A DNA stretch of 64,000 nucleotides from the human T2T-CHM13v2.0 reference genome, Homo sapiens. Both the position numbers and the translations under genes were made by a program. The notes under the pieces were generated by a model. It saw only the letters and a program-made list of their open reading frames with translations, did not search any database and was not told where the DNA came from. The stretch lies in the NCBI RefSeq assembly GCF_009914755.1, contig NC_060929.1, one strand, 5' to 3'. Shown piece after piece: positions 39,163 to 54,212 of the stretch (position 1 is the first letter of the stretch; the number at the start of each line of letters is the position of its first letter).

Positions 39163-41844
39163 TACAAAGATTCAGAGTCTTATTTTAGATACCCCTCTAT
39201 ATGTATATACTATAAAACCAGAATACATATTCACCAAACTTAATTTCTTAGGAAAACACTAATCATTTTTGATAAACACCAGAAATAATAAGATAAGCTT
39301 CAAACATATCTAGTTTATATTACAGCTTGTTATGATACCCTTCTGCGATATGGCAGGTACTCAATGGATATTTGCTGGATCAATGAATAGTTTGTGAATG
39401 CTTGGCCCATGTTAGGTATCATATTTGTACTTCTAAAATTGAAAACCAGTATGGTCTACAATATTTTGATATAATTTTCTTCCCTCTGGGTAAAATACAC
39501 ATGCATGTTTTCTCCAATGTGCACAAGCATTTTCTTGTATGAAACTAACATTTTGCCCTCAAACAAGGAGTTTTTTATTCAACATTAAGACCCATTTATA
39601 TTTTTGGCTCACAGATATATGGAGTTCTGTTTTATATCCTAACTACCTGGCTTTTTTGATATCTTAATCCAAATATTTTCTTTTAAAAATGTTTTCAACA
39701 AAATGCTTAACATTATTGTGTTTACCTATGTGTGTTTTTAAGATGTAAGATATGTTGAAAATCCTACTTCACAGGTTTGTAAATTATTAAAGCACATTCT
39801 CCTACTATATGAGAGTATACAAATTCCTATATCTATTAATAAAAATATATATCTTGTGAAAATTTAATTCAGGAGAATAAATATCCAGTACCTTTGACCA
39901 TAAAATAGCCTGTTCTTCCATCTTAGCACCTTAAACAAAATGGCTTTCTTACATTCTGCAAACTGTCAAACCTCAAAAACCTTTGGTAGGGACTTGAGGA
40001 GGCATGCCAGATGAAGTCTATTTGTCTGGGTTAATGCTACTCTTTCTCAATGAAAATTGAAATGATGCCTAACAACCAACACTGAGAGAAACAACGTAAG
40101 TTCAATACAGTGACTTTTCTCTATCAACTTATCAATATAGGAGTTAAGAGTCAAGGTTCTAAAGTAATAATGTTTGGCTTTACATTCTGCCCTTCCTGGA
40201 ATTTGGCAAGTTTCCTTACCTGTAGGTGCCTCCGTTTCCTTGTTTATAAAATGACAATCAAAATAGTTACTAGTTGTAAATATCTATTCATGATCTATGC
40301 ATCAGCACATGGAATGTGGCAATCAATGAAAGAGATACAATCAATTGTATTCTGTTAATTAAAACCTTGTCTCCTTTCCAACACTGTTGAAATCAGACAT
40401 GGCCATCAAGATTCTTTGCCTAGTGAAATATAAGTGCAAGTAACATATGTTACTTCTTGGTAGAAACTTTAAGTTCAAGTGAGCAATACATTGCATTTCC
40501 TTTTCCCAGCCTTTGTGATCATGGAAGCATGTTTTGAGATGAAGCCTCTATATTCATGAATTTTTATATGACATATTGTATAGAACCTCTTGCAGATTCA
40601 TGATGTACGTATCACATGAGTGAAAAATAAACTTTAACATTTTAATTATCGAGATTTGGGGTTGTCCAGCAATGACTAACCTACTCTATTAAAACAAAGA
40701 TGTGTATCATTGAGGAGCACTCATTCTGGTAGAGACAGACGATGGGGAAAAACATGATAAAGCAGGTAAGGAGTATTAGTACTAAAAAAAGAAAACAAGC
40801 AGGGAGGAAGCAGTGTAGAATTAGAGAGGCCAACTAATTAATGAAATTTGAGCGCTTAAAAAGCATCAGGTGCACAGTAAGCACTCAATAAAAGTTATGT
40901 CTTCATTTTTATGTTGTCTACATTTAACACAATGAATTTGTTGACTATATAGTACGGTTGTTTAACCTTTTTCTTCCAATTACTTCTCTGAAATCTAAAG
41001 CAAAACCTCTCAGTCTGTTTTAGATGTTAGGACAGATAGCATCACATTCCCAGGGTTCTAAACCTTCCTTATTTAGCTTCAGGATATACAAATCTTAATA
41101 TTAAGTCTTAAGGCACCAATGCTACCATACCTATGCTATTCGAAGAATTATTTTTAATACCATTGAGAAAACCCAGGTGCAGCATGCTTGTTAATTCCCA
41201 CAATACATTTATCTGCTTGGCAGGTACAGCCTGTGAGCTTGACATGTTAATGTTGCTGTAATGCTCCTTTCCTCATCCAACTATCAGTGGGAATACTGCA
41301 TGCAAAGGCAAAAACGGTGAAACAGAAAAGGCATTGCCTATGCTAGGTTTGTTTTTCCTTGTTTTATCTAAGCTTGAACAGGAGAGGTTTTGTAATAGAT
41401 ATGTAATCATCTTCAAAGTGATGTTTTAAAGGGAAATATATTTTTATAAATTTATTATAGAAATCACTTCCATAAGAAAATAATAGAGGTAAGTAAATCA
41501 CTTCTAGATAGTGAAAATGGGATATTTAAATTAAAAAAGATCAAACGATAGCTGTGTTTTCCTGTTTTACAAATACTTAACCTTATCATTTTAGAGAACT
41601 TGTTAAACTCAGATGAAATGGAGCAATACACAGGTAAAGAAAATTTACTCAGAAAAATCCTAAATATATGGCTGTAATCATGATGAGAGTCAAGTTAATT
41701 AATAAGCCAACAAGGCCTGCTATTTGATTTAAATGTACTGTTTTATTTGATTGGTTAAATTTAAGTTAGAAGAGATTGCTGGGAGTAAGAAACATTGAAA
41801 TGATCATACTTATTTAAGTTTTCCTGATGCTGTTCATTCCAAGT

Positions 41845-42560
41845 ATTCATTCCAAGTATTTATTGAACTTGGACAATTTATCAGACATTATTGTAAGAGC
41901 TAATAAACAAACCAAATAAGGTCTCTGCTTTTCTGGGGCTTTCATTCTAGAGAAGAGGAGACAGAAAATAAAGTGACCAAATAAATGACTGAGATTATTT
42001 CCGGCAGAAATGAGCATAAGAAATAAAATATAATCAGATGATATTATAGGGAGTGATTACTTGTGAAAGCAGACTGAGAAAAAAGTTAGGAAAAGCCTTC
42101 TCAGAAATAAATGTGATGGGAGGCTGTTTGATCTGAAATCTAAATGACAAAAACAATGGGACATTACCAAGATCTGAGGACATAGCATTCCTAGTATAAA
42201 GAAAAATTTCTCAAAAAGAGCCTAGGTGGAATAAAATTCCTTCAGTTGAGGAACAGAAAGTCCAGTGTTATCAGAATTTGTATCAAATCAGTCTATTATT
42301 GAGAGTGGATTAATAAAAAGACAAAAAAATAGCAAAAATTAGACAAGTTCGGAAAGTACCAAGTGTGAGATGATGGTGTGAACAAAATTAGAAAGTATGC
42401 AGGGCAGGAGGGCATGGAAAGATGCAGGATATGTTTGTACACAGAGCCACATGACTTTTTGAAGGATTGGAGGTTGAGTTCATGAGAAAAAGGAAGATAT
42501 TGAGTATGCTACTGTAGGCTGGAAGCTGAGTAGCTAAGTAGAAGTAGAAGTTTCATTTTC
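41845..42560 (-). mobile_element. L2 fragment
   Basis: TTCATTC..AAGTATTTATTGA..GGGCTTTCATTCTAG..GGAGACAG motifs. Confidence 0.55.
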
Positions 42561-42574
42561 TAAAAAAGAAAAAA

Positions 42575-42850
42575 AAATAGCTAATGTGTTAAGTACCTAC
42601 TATGACTCAAGCATTCTTCTAATCACTTTAAATATTTGGCTCTTTAAAAATTGTCACTTAGTCATTTAGTCACTTTAAAAGATTTAACTCATTTGCTCTT
42701 TATAACAACCTTATAAATTGAGTACTATTTGATTCCCATTTTATGAATTAGAAAATTGAAGCACAGAGAGTACTTGATACAAGCCAACTGATATCAAGTC
42801 ATAGAGCTAGTAGTTGTTAAGGTCTTGCACTACCATTTCTGGCTTCCACC
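42575..42850 (-). mobile_element. MIR
   Basis: ATAGCTAA..TACCTACTATG..CCCATTTTA..GAAAATTGAAGCACAGAGAG. Confidence 0.6.
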
Positions 42851-43071
42851 CATGTAAGGATAAGCACATAGGTCTACCAAACACATATACTAGACTATTC
42901 ATAGCAGCAATATTAGTAATAAATAAAAACTGGAAGCAAGTATTTACATGGAAATATGGATAAATAAATTGTGGTACTTTCACACAATGGAACACTTCAT
43001 AGCAACAGTAATAAATGGGTAACTCTTATAGACAGAGCATTGACTGAAATAATCCACTCCAAAAGAAAATG

Positions 43072-43421
43072 CAGCAACCTGTTACATAACGACATTTTGG
43101 TCATCAGGGGACTGCATATGTGACAGTGGTCCCGTAAGATTATAATACTGTATTTTTACTATACCTTATCTATGTTTAGAGATGTGTAGATACACAAATA
43201 CTTACAATTGTGTTACAATTGCCTACAGTATTCAGTACAGTAACATGCACTATAAGTTTGTAGCCTAGGAGTAACAGGCTATGTACTGTATAGCCTAGGT
43301 GTGTGGTAGACTATACCATCTAGGTTTATGTAAGTACACTATATGACGTCCCCACAATGATGAAATCGCTTAAGGATGCATTTCTCAGAACGTATCCCCA
43401 TTGTTAAGGAAAGCATGACTA
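43072..43421. mobile_element. Tigger3/MER7-type DNA transposon, inserted in old L1
   Basis: CATAACGACATTTTGGTCA..GTGGTCCCGTAAGATTATAA..GCATTTCTCAGAACGTATCCCC. Confidence 0.8.
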
Positions 43422-44513
43422 TATATTGTGCAATTTCATTACATGAAGCATAGATGCAGACAAAACTTTTGAGATAGGATGGTAACTAAAAACCAGTAAG
43501 GGAATGGCTCCTGTGTTGTTGATAATATTTTATTTCTTGTTCTGGGTGCTGGTTACACAATCTGAACACTCAGTCTGAACACTCAGTGCACATGAGCACT
43601 CATCTACATTACCTGTAATTACAGCGTACTAAGATAAAAAGTTGACATAAGATAAAATAAAATAAATTTCATTCTAAAAATATTTATAACAAAAAGAGGC
43701 GCAGGATCCAACCCTGGCATCCACAATCCAGAGATGTAAATAAGAATAAGGACCCACAAAATGCACTGAAAGGTACAGTGCAGCCTATATGATTTGAGGA
43801 TACTAAGGATTGTGGATTGTGTTACCAATTGTGGCAATTGTTGCTGAGAGGTCAAGAAATAGGAGGACAGAGAAGCGATCATAACATAACATTTAATGTT
43901 CAAGATTCTTTCCTAAATTTAATGTTTTGAATCACCTTGTTTTTAATCTTATATACTTTTACCTGTGTATCACTCTAATTTGTGATCTTAGTAGAAAAAT
44001 AGAAATTGATCTTAATTTCATGGTTAAAATTAAATTTTAATCTCAAGATTTGAAATATAAAACTCAATATGGCTGTTCCCCTGCTTCCAATGAAGACTGC
44101 TATAAAATCAGAACAATGATTATCAAATGATGCCATGAATGTTAGCATTATTATTTTTAACTATTTCTTCAATAAAATGGATAATTTCTACCTCTGAGTG
44201 TGAGAGAAGCTGAAGTAGAGAACTCGGTTACATGGTGCCCTAACTTCCTGACCAAAGAATTTGTGAGATAATAAAAATGTGTGTTGTTTTAAGGTGCTAA
44301 ATGTTGGGGTAATTTGTTATGTGTTAATAGGTAACTAACATGTGAGCTATACTCTTTAAAACTTAAAATGCACAAATGTAAAAAATTTGTATCAAATAAG
44401 AGACAATATTTATTTTTATACCATAAACAATTTCTATTGATGGGAATTAAACTGAGAAATTAGCTTTTATGATGCCTGAAATACATACAACGCGATGGCA
44501 TTTTCTGGCACTA

Positions 44514-44764
44514 CTGTCATCTCTCAGTATACATGAGGGATTGGTTCCAGGACCCATTTATACCAAAAGTTGCTCACACCCAAGCCCCAAGGTCAGCCCT
44601 GCAGAAATGTGTTTCAGCCTTGCAGAAATAAGAAAAGCCAGCCTTCCTTATATGCAGGTTTCAAATCCCTTGAATACTATATTTTCTAACTGCATTTGGT
44701 TGAAAAATACTGGCATTTAAGTGGACCTGTGCAGGTTAAGCCTGTGTTGTTCAAGGGTCAACTA
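44514..44764. mobile_element. MER8/Tigger2-related MITE
   Basis: GGGATTGGTTCCAGGACCC ... GTGTTGTTCAAGGGTCAACT. Confidence 0.65.
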
Positions 44765-46062
44765 ACCTCGCACAAATGTGTAACTTACTATTAAATTATA
44801 TATAAGAATATCAACCAATAGAATATTCCTACATATTATTTTTAGTTTGATAAAACAAAATCATTATCGCTACTTTTAATTTCCTTTTTTGATGGTAGTA
44901 GTGTGTGTTTACTAAAGCTATGTTACTTCTCTAAAATGTAGATGTATAGCATTCTAAAATGATTACGTGTTTGCGTTAAAGATGTGTGTTTTGGGTAGGA
45001 TAAATACAGGTAATGTTACATAGCGTAAACACTACAGGGTACAAATCACACACCCACACAATTATTTTATCTGAAGTCATGTTTTCTAAGTGGAATATCC
45101 CAAATCTAGAGGACTCTGCCGTAGATCTGAAAATGGGTTGTTACATTTAACTGACCTAGTAGATAAAGTGAATTTACTTGGATTAATAGGATTAAAAGAA
45201 AGCACTCTATCCTTTGTAGAATGGCATATCCTGATTTTCTAAAGGAAAGTGCTTTAGCCCTTTAGCACCAAATTCAATTTCCTATCTTGAAAAGGAGAGA
45301 CCACATCACAGGACACAAAACCACTCCTACCTTAAAATTTGGACACTTTGCACTTTTGAAAATCCCTGGAACAAAAGTCTTATATCTCTGATAGAGCTTC
45401 TAAGTTCTTATAAAGGAACATTTAAGGAAGCGAGTCACTCAAAATGGCATATCAATTTTTACTTTACTCTGCATATTGATGGGTAATAGCTGCATATAAA
45501 TAAATGTTTTAACATAGAATTATCTGCAATACTCATCTGTTTTTAAATTCTGTAAGTGTCTCAAATTTAAAATATGAGTGTGTGAGTTCAAATTACATTC
45601 TTTTTAACTTCTCTGAAACAAACTACAGATACAAAAATCTTTCTCAGTACAAACAAAACCATTTCTTTTCCTCCATTTTTAAGCCAAAGAAAATAAATAC
45701 ACCTACTGATCAAAATTTTAGCAGACAAGCATCACTTATATAATAAACGCAAGATATGGGCCAACTAGAGGTCAACACTAGAAGAGCTATCACCTGTCAG
45801 TTCCCTCTTTCTACATAATAGGTAAATGCTATTTTGTTAATAAAAGCAGGTTGAGTGGATATAATAGATTTTTAATAAGTAGGCTTACTCTTCCTAGGAA
45901 ATATTCATTCTACAGGTTCAGATAGGTTTCTTGATTGCATGCAATGAAATTAGACTCTGGATGTCTGGCAAAAAAAAAAAAAAGAAAAGAAAAAGAAAGA
46001 AATTTATTTGCTGGATTTTAATGATTCAAGGTATTGCCTGGAACTTGTAGGGCCAAGTTTGG

Positions 46063-46916
46063 ACCCCATTAAAAAAATGGGCAAAGAATATGTACAGACA
46101 CTTCTTGAAAGAAGACATAAAAGCAACCAACAAACATATGAAACTATGCTCAGCATTGCTAATCATCAGAGAAATGCAAAACAACAGCGACAACAACAAC
46201 AACAAAAAACACAATGAGATACCATCTCACACCAGTAAGAATGGCTATTATTAAAAAGTCCAAAAACAACAGATGGTGGTGAGGCCGTGGAGAAAAAGGA
46301 GCACCTATAAACCACTGGTGAAAATGTAAATTAGTACAGCCACTGTGGAAAACAGTTTGAAGATTTCTCAAACAACTTAAAACTGAGCTACCATTAAAAC
46401 TAGCAATTTCATTACTGGGTATATACCCAAAGGAAAACAGATCATTATACCAAAAGACACATGCACTCATATGTTTATTGCCATGCTAATCACAATAGCA
46501 AAGATGTAGAATCAACCTAGGTGCCTGCCAATGGTGGACTGGATTTTTTAAATGTGGTATATATAGTCAATGAAATACTATGCAGCCATAAAAAAGAATG
46601 AAATCATGCCCTTTGCATCAACATGGATGGAGCTGAAGACCATATTCCTAAGGATATTAATACAGAAAAAGCAAACCAAATACTGAATGTTCTCACTCAT
46701 AAGTTGGAGCTAAACATTGAGCACACATGGACATAAACATTCAGTGTCCATTGTAAGAATAATAGACACTGACGACTACTAGAGGAGAGGGATGGAGGGG
46801 GCTGTGGGATAAAAACTACCTATTGGGTACTAAAAGTGCAATATACCCATGTAACAAACCTGCACATGTGCCCCTTGTATCTAAAATAAAAGCTGAATTT
46901 AAAAAAAAAAAAAAAG
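46063..46916 (+). mobile_element. L1PB/PA-type 3' fragment (ORF2 C-terminus, 3'UTR, poly-A)
   Basis: ACAATGAGATACCATCTCACACCAGT..TACTGGGTATATACCCAAAGG..GTAACAAACCTGCACATGT..poly-A. Confidence 0.9.
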
Positions 46917-47466
46917 AGGAAGAAGAGAGAAACAGAGAGGCATCAAGACAAATTCTGACGGGTGAAGAAGCAGGAAATGAGATCACTGGTTGTAGAAAAA
47001 GCAGTTTGTCCAGGACATTGCTATAGGCCATTATCCACAATCGCAATTACAAGTGAATTCTGACCATACCCTGATGTTTGTTTGATCAGCACAATATTGC
47101 AAATCCTGACTTGGAATATCTGATACGCAGAATTTAAATTACATGCTGACGCCCTGTCCACCAAGGGGCGGAGAATGGAATATCTGACTCTTCTATTTTT
47201 GATGTTGGAGAAAGTATACCAAGACTATACATACTGGGGAGTTCCTTAGTATAGATAATAGGAAATCTTATGTGGGGCAGAGAAAGCAAAATAAACAAGT
47301 TATCAAACAAAACTAGCATATATTCACTCACCCCTCTTAATAATAATGCAGCATTATGAAGAACAACTTTAATATCTATTTTTTGTTATTAGAAGAATTT
47401 TGCTACAGGAATGATATGTGACAATTGATCTCATTAGGTAAATAAGTAAGATGCTACCTAAAAATG

Positions 47467-47675
47467 TTTTTTTTTCTTTTTTTTTCTTTTATTATTATAC
47501 TTTAAGTTTTAGGGTACATGTGCACATTGTGCAGGTTAGTTACATATGTATACATGTGCCACGCTGGTGCGCTGCACCCACTAACTCGTCATCTAGCATT
47601 AGGTATATCTCCCAATGCTATCCCCCCTCTCCCCCCACTCCACAACAGTCCCCAGAGTGTGATGTTCCCCTTCCT
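47467..47675 (-). mobile_element. Young L1PA (L1PA2/3-like) 3' end, 5'-truncated
   Basis: poly-T, ATTATACTTTAAGTTTTAGGGTACATGTGCACATTGTGCAGG; CTAACTCGTC is the GAG (non-Ta) form. Confidence 0.9.
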
Positions 47676-50129
47676 AAACAGGCCCTGCTCGGGGGGAAAA
47701 CCGTGATTAAGTTCTCAGTGTTAGCTGATCTCAGGCACATATTGCATAACATTTTTTCTTAATTTGCTTGTAAAATTCATTATAATTGCTAAATATCTAA
47801 ACATCTTGCTATTAATAGATTTTTTTCTCTCTCTCTTTTCTATATTTTATTCATATATACCACTCTTCTTCCCATATTCTTTTCCAGGCTCCTATTTGTC
47901 AACTGTGTTGACCATCTCTTCAGTTCTGTACCCTTTCAAAATGCTGGCAGTAACATTTTAAGTGATTCAATCACAACAGCACTTCTGTTCCTTGCTCCCC
48001 ACAGCATAATTTTGATCCATACCCACAAAATGAAAATAATGTAAGATAGGAGCTAGAAAAGAAATGTCCTTTAAAAGACAGAGAGAGGATTCTTGATGGG
48101 AATGGAGAGGAGAATGAGGGAGGGAAAATACAAAGGAAAAAAAAGCCCTGTAACAACTTCTTAGTAGCTTCTCTACTTCTGTTTTCATATTAAGCATATT
48201 ATATGTTAGTTTCACTTCAGTACAACTATATTTCACAGGAAACTATAGTCGGCCTTAAGATTTGTCAGAGTAATACCAAGAAATTGCAGTGATTCATTGA
48301 TCAATGGAAAGCAAATGTTTAATTTCAGGAAAAAAACTAAAGTCTAGTCAACTTTATTCAGAGCTTTCTTCTGAAAAGATTTAACAGCCTATAAATTGAA
48401 GACTGGATTCATGGAGTACATTCAAATAATGGAGACTTCTTCCTCAGAGGCAATATTCTTCAAGGAGTCTGATAAATAGTCAGAAAATTTGTGGTCTTTT
48501 AGAAATGCCTGCTGGAGAGTTTAGTACTCCTTGTTAGAGGAGGAAAAAGGCTGCCATATCCTGGCTAGCATTTAAAATAAAGATTTCAGTCTTGCTTTAG
48601 GGTTTAGGGGCCAAAACTAAAAGAAAAAAAGTGTTCATATTCAATATCACCTACACTTTCAAAGAAGAAAATTATCCCATTTTGAGTTTAGCTATTACAT
48701 TTAAGAAATATTCTTACTTTTCAGTAGTAGTGGAAGTTGATGTCTCACAACCTAGCAATTAGGATACAGTACTAAAGAATTTAGAGACAAATCTCATCCT
48801 TGAGAAGGAAAAAATACGATATTAAAGTAAGGAGCGGGGAAGTGATTGTCTAAAAAGATAGCAAAGGGAAAGAAAGGTGAAATCTATGAAAGAGAAAAAT
48901 AGTTACAATCCATTTTCTTAAAAGGCAGTTAAAGTGGAACTGATAATGCATAATTATCTAAAGATCATAATAATATCTCTCCAGGTAAAAGCTGGAAAAC
49001 TAATAAAGTCTGTCATATGTCCAGGGTGCACACTTCAGGATCATCAAGAAAGACCTGTATGCATAACTGCTTTGAAAGAATCTCATGTGAACTATCATCT
49101 GTTCTGAATGTCTAGCCCTTGAAAAATAATCAGTACTTTTTAAAAAGATGTTTATTTTCACATAAACACGGTGGCAGAAAACCCAAAGGAGGTCAAATAA
49201 CATTTCTATAAAACACATCTATAAAAGGTTTTCATTTCAGCCTTTACAAGGACTCGACATACATAACCTGGAGGGGATAGGACATGCTTACTTACAAGTA
49301 GGTGTCTCAGAAAAGATATTTAGATTCCCCAGCAAAACAAAACTTCCTAGTCATCTCTGAAGAGGCAATTCTTGACTAATAAAAAAGCAAAATACATAAC
49401 ATAAAGAGAATGTGTGAATGAGAAGGGAAAAAATTGATGTTCCCATTCACTCTCTTTTCACACCAAGACTAAAGAAAAACATTTCGCTTTACTCAGAATC
49501 CAAAGAAAGACATTTATCTCAATGGCACAGATGCTTATCTGTTACATTTTAGTGTCCACCATGTGAACACTTGAGAATTTAAACAGCATTCACTGTGTAG
49601 ACTTAGAAGTCTTATAAGAGCAAATGAAGTTCTTCTGAATGTTTTGCTTTACATACGTATTAACTTCAAAAGTCATTTTATAAGTAGCTTCCATCCTTCC
49701 TCTGCTCCCTCACAAACTAGAAAGTCATGTAAAATGTACACATCAAAGAATCAAATCCAATCTAATTGCAGGAACATGGTATTATCAGTAATTTTTATTT
49801 TGGCCATTCAAAAACGTATGTAATAGCATCTCACTATGATTTTAATCTGCAATTTCTTAACTACTAAAATGGTGTTCAATATTTCTCATGTTTTTATATG
49901 CCAAGCTCATCCCCTCTTCGGTAAAGTGTCTTTTCAAATGTTTGTCCATTTTTAGGCTGTTATATTTTTACTGTTGAATTTTGAGACTTATTTATACATT
50001 CTTAATATAATGCTTGTCAACTATGTGATAACATATATTTTAACGTAGTCTGTGGCTTACATTCTATCCTCTTAACATGTTTATCACAGAACAAAAGCTT
50101 TTTTGTTGTTTAACCTTTTGATGAAGCCT

Positions 50130-50131
<2 letters not shown>

Positions 50132-50163
<32 letters not shown>
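50132..50163. repeat. (TG)n microsatellite
   Basis: Directly visible. Confidence 0.95.
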
Positions 50164-50166
<3 letters not shown>

Positions 50167-53100
50167 ACAATTTTGCTTTTGGTTCCATGTCTAAGAATTC
50201 TGGCAAATGCAAGGTCATAAAAATTTTGTCCAATGTTGTCTTCTAAGAGTTTTATTGTATTGTGTTTTATATTTAGTTTATGATTGACTTTGAGTTAATT
50301 TTGTATATAGTTTGAGATTTAAACTAAGCTCCTTTTTTGCATATAGATGTTTAATTGTTTAAACACTATAATTTATTTTAAAGACTGACCTTTATTGTTT
50401 TGCATTTGTACTTTGCCAAAAATCAGTTAATTAATTAATTTTAATATAGCCGTATATCTGAGTCTATTTCTGCCCTCTCTATTCTTTTCTATAATCTACA
50501 TATCTACGTATAGAAAATACCACATCATCTTGATTAATTTAACATTACAATTTATCTTTATTGTATAAATCCTTTATTTTTATTCTTTAACAAATTTGTT
50601 TTAGCTATTCTAGTCCTTTTGCCTTTCCACATAAAAGTTTGAAATCAGCTTGTCTATCCCTACAAAAACAATCAAACATCCTGCTGAGGATTGAATTATG
50701 TAAAACCTATGACCAAAGTGGGCAGAATTGACCTCTTTACTGTATTGAACTTTTCAATCCATGTATACAGTATGACTCTCCATTTATTTAGGTATTCTTT
50801 GACTACTTTTATTAGCCTTTTGTAGTTTTCAGCACACAAATCCAGTATATGCTTTGATAGACTATATCAAAATACTTCATTTTGAGGAGCTATTTTAAAT
50901 GGTATTTTTAATCAATATAACCATTGCTAATTGTCCATTGCTAGAACATATTAAAAAATTGATTTTTGTGTCTCGATCTTATATTTCATGATCTTGCCAA
51001 ACTTCCTTATTAGTTCTAAGTCATTTCATTTTTTTTTTTTTTTTTTGGTACTTTCGTTGGTATTTTCTATGTGGACAATCATGTCATCTGCAAATAAGCC
51101 TGCCTTCCTTCCTTCCTTCATCTGTCCTTCCCTCCCGTCCTCCCTCCTTTCCTTCCTTTCTTCCTTCCTTCTTTTCTTTCCAATCTATATGAACTTTAGT
51201 TCTTTTTATTGCCTTATTGCCCTGACAAAAAAAATTCCAGTGGAATCTTTAATAGTAGTCCTGAGCGTGGACATCCTTACCTTATTCCCAATTTAAGGTA
51301 AAAGCACTCAGTTTTCACCATTACATATGAGGTCATCTGTGAATTTTTGTAGACAACTTTTATTGAGTAAAGGAAGTCTTCTTCTATTCCTGGATTACAG
51401 AAAACTTTTTTCATGAAAAAAAATTGCATTTTGTCAAATGTTTTTTCTGCATAAATTGATATTATCATGTATTTTTCCTTTTAGACTGTTAATTGGTAGA
51501 TTAACTGATTGTTTATATTTAATGAGCCTTGCTTACTTTTCTAGGATAAAGCACATTTGGTTTGATGTACTATTTCTTTTCTAGATTGTTAGATTCAATT
51601 TGCTAATACTTTGTAAAGAAATTTTGCATTTATGTTCATGAAAATATTTTTCTTTTTAAATTTTTTATTAATACATAATAGGTGTACACATTTGGGGAGT
51701 ACATGTGGTAATTTGATACACTCATATAATCAAATCAGGGTAATTGGGATATCTATCACCTTAAATATGTATCTTTTTTAACTCTAAAAACGTTCTAATT
51801 ATCCTCTACTAGCTATTCTGAAATGTACAATAGATTAATATCAACTGTAGTCATTCTACTGATCTATTGACCACCAAGTCTTATTTCTTCTAACTGCTTT
51901 GTCTAATTTTGATATGAGAGTTATGCTTGGCACATAAAATTATTTAGAAAATGTTCTATCCTCATATCTGTAGAATTGGTGTTATTTCTTCCATATATAC
52001 TTGATAGAAATAAACTAATATCAGCTGGGCCTGAAGATTTATTTTTAGGGGGAAGATTTTAAACTACGGACTCAATTTCTTATTAGTTATAGGATTACTC
52101 AAGTTACTTATTTTATCTTGGATGAGTTATAATAGCTTGTGGATGTCAATGAATTAACCGATTTCAACTAAGTTACTAAATCTATGTGCAAAGAGTTGTT
52201 TATAGTATTTTTTATAATTGTATTAATGTCTGGAGTTTCTAAAGGTGTATTTCCTCTTTTAATTCTAATATTGGTAATTTGTGTCTTTACTATTCTCATT
52301 TACATTGTCGGTCTTGTTAGAGGTTTATCACTTTTATTAATCTTTTCATAGAAACAGATTGGTTGCATTGATTTTCTTTATTTTTTTCTGTTTTCAATTT
52401 CATCAATCTTTGCTATTATTTTATTAGTATCTTTCTTCAGTTTGCACTGGGTTTATTTATCTCTTCTTTTACCATTTCTCAAGATGGAAACAAATTATTG
52501 CCTTGACAACTTTTTGTTCTAAAGCAAGCATTAAATGGCAAAAACTTCTAAGTAATACATTAGCTACTTACCACAATTTTTATATATTTGCAATTTTGTT
52601 CAGTTAGAAATACATTCTAATTTCTTTAAGACTCCCCTTCTGACCCATGAATTATTAAGTGTATTTTTAAGGCAAAGTTTGGAGTTTCTTTTACTGATTT
52701 CTAGTTTAATTTTATTATGGTCACAGAATATACTTTAAATGATTTCAATTGCTTCAAGTTTAATTTGTGTAGGATTAATTTATGAACAAAGATACGGTCT
52801 ATCTTGTTCTGTCTTCATAGCTTATTCAAGGATATGGTCTATCTTCAAGTTCTATGTGTGCTTGAAAAGAATATATATTCTACTGCTTGGGAGCAGAGTG
52901 TCCTGTAAATGTTAAATAGATCCAGTCAATCGATGGTGTTGTTAAGATCTTCTACATCCTTTCTGATTTTCAGCATACTAGTTCTGTCTATTGCTGACAG
53001 AGCAGTATTAAAGTCTCCAACCATAATTGTAAATTTCTCTATTTCTCCTTTTGGTTTTCTGTCAGTTTGGTTTAATGTATTTTAATCCTGTGGTGTTAGT

Positions 53101-54212
53101 TATAGTCTAGAATTGTTTTAATATTCTTGGTGAATTGGTCATTTTTTTCAGTATATGGTATCTATCATTAGTATTACATTTTTATTTGTATAAATTTAAG
53201 GGGTGCAAGTGCAGTTTTGTTACATGGATATATTGCATGGTGGTGAAGTCTGGGCTTTTATCGTAACCATCGCCTAAAAAATGTACATTGTACCCATCAA
53301 GTAATTCCTCACCCCTCAACCCCCTTCCCTACCCATGCCACCTCCACCCTTCTAAGTGTCCAGTGTCTTTTATTCCAGATTCTGTGCTCATGTGTACACA
53401 TTATTTAGCTCCCTCTTTTAAGGGAAAACATGCAATATTTGACTTTCTGTTTCTGAGTTGTTCCACTAAAGATAATAGCCTCATTTCCATTCATGTTTTT
53501 CACAAAAGACATAATTTCATTCTTTTTTTGACTGAATAATATTCCATTGTGTGTATATATTTTATTTATGTAATCATCCCTTTATCAACACAGGTAGATT
53601 CCATATCTTTGCTTTTGTGAATAGTGATGCATTAAGCATATGAGTGCAGATATCTTTTTGATGAAATGATTTCTTTTCCTTTGGGCAAATGTCCAGTAGT
53701 GGGATTGCTAAATCAGATGGTAGTTCTATTTTTAATTCATTGAGAAATCTCTTAACTGTTTTTCTTAGATATTTTACTAATTTACATTTCCACCAAGAGT
53801 ATATAAATGTTTCCTTTTCTACATCTCTTCACCAATATCTGTTAGTTTTTGACGTTTTAATAATAGTCTTTAGGACTGGTGTGAGATGATACCTCACTGT
53901 GGTTTTAATTTGCATCTGCCTTGGCTAACAGTCAACTTAGAATAAATATTTTAGCACTTCAAGTGAATTGTAGAAACCTCACCACTATGTAGGTCCCATA
54001 CCCCTTTCCCTCTTATTCTTGCAGTTGACTTCTATATTACATCTACATACACTGAAAATCAAACAATGTTATTTTTGCTTTCACCTACAAAATATATTTT
54101 AAAGAACTCAAAGAAGAAGAAATTATTACTGAGACAGCTTTCACTTCTGATGCTATTCCTTTATTCTTCACGTTCTGAGTTTCCTTCTGCTATTCCCCCT
54201 GCTCCACCCCAC

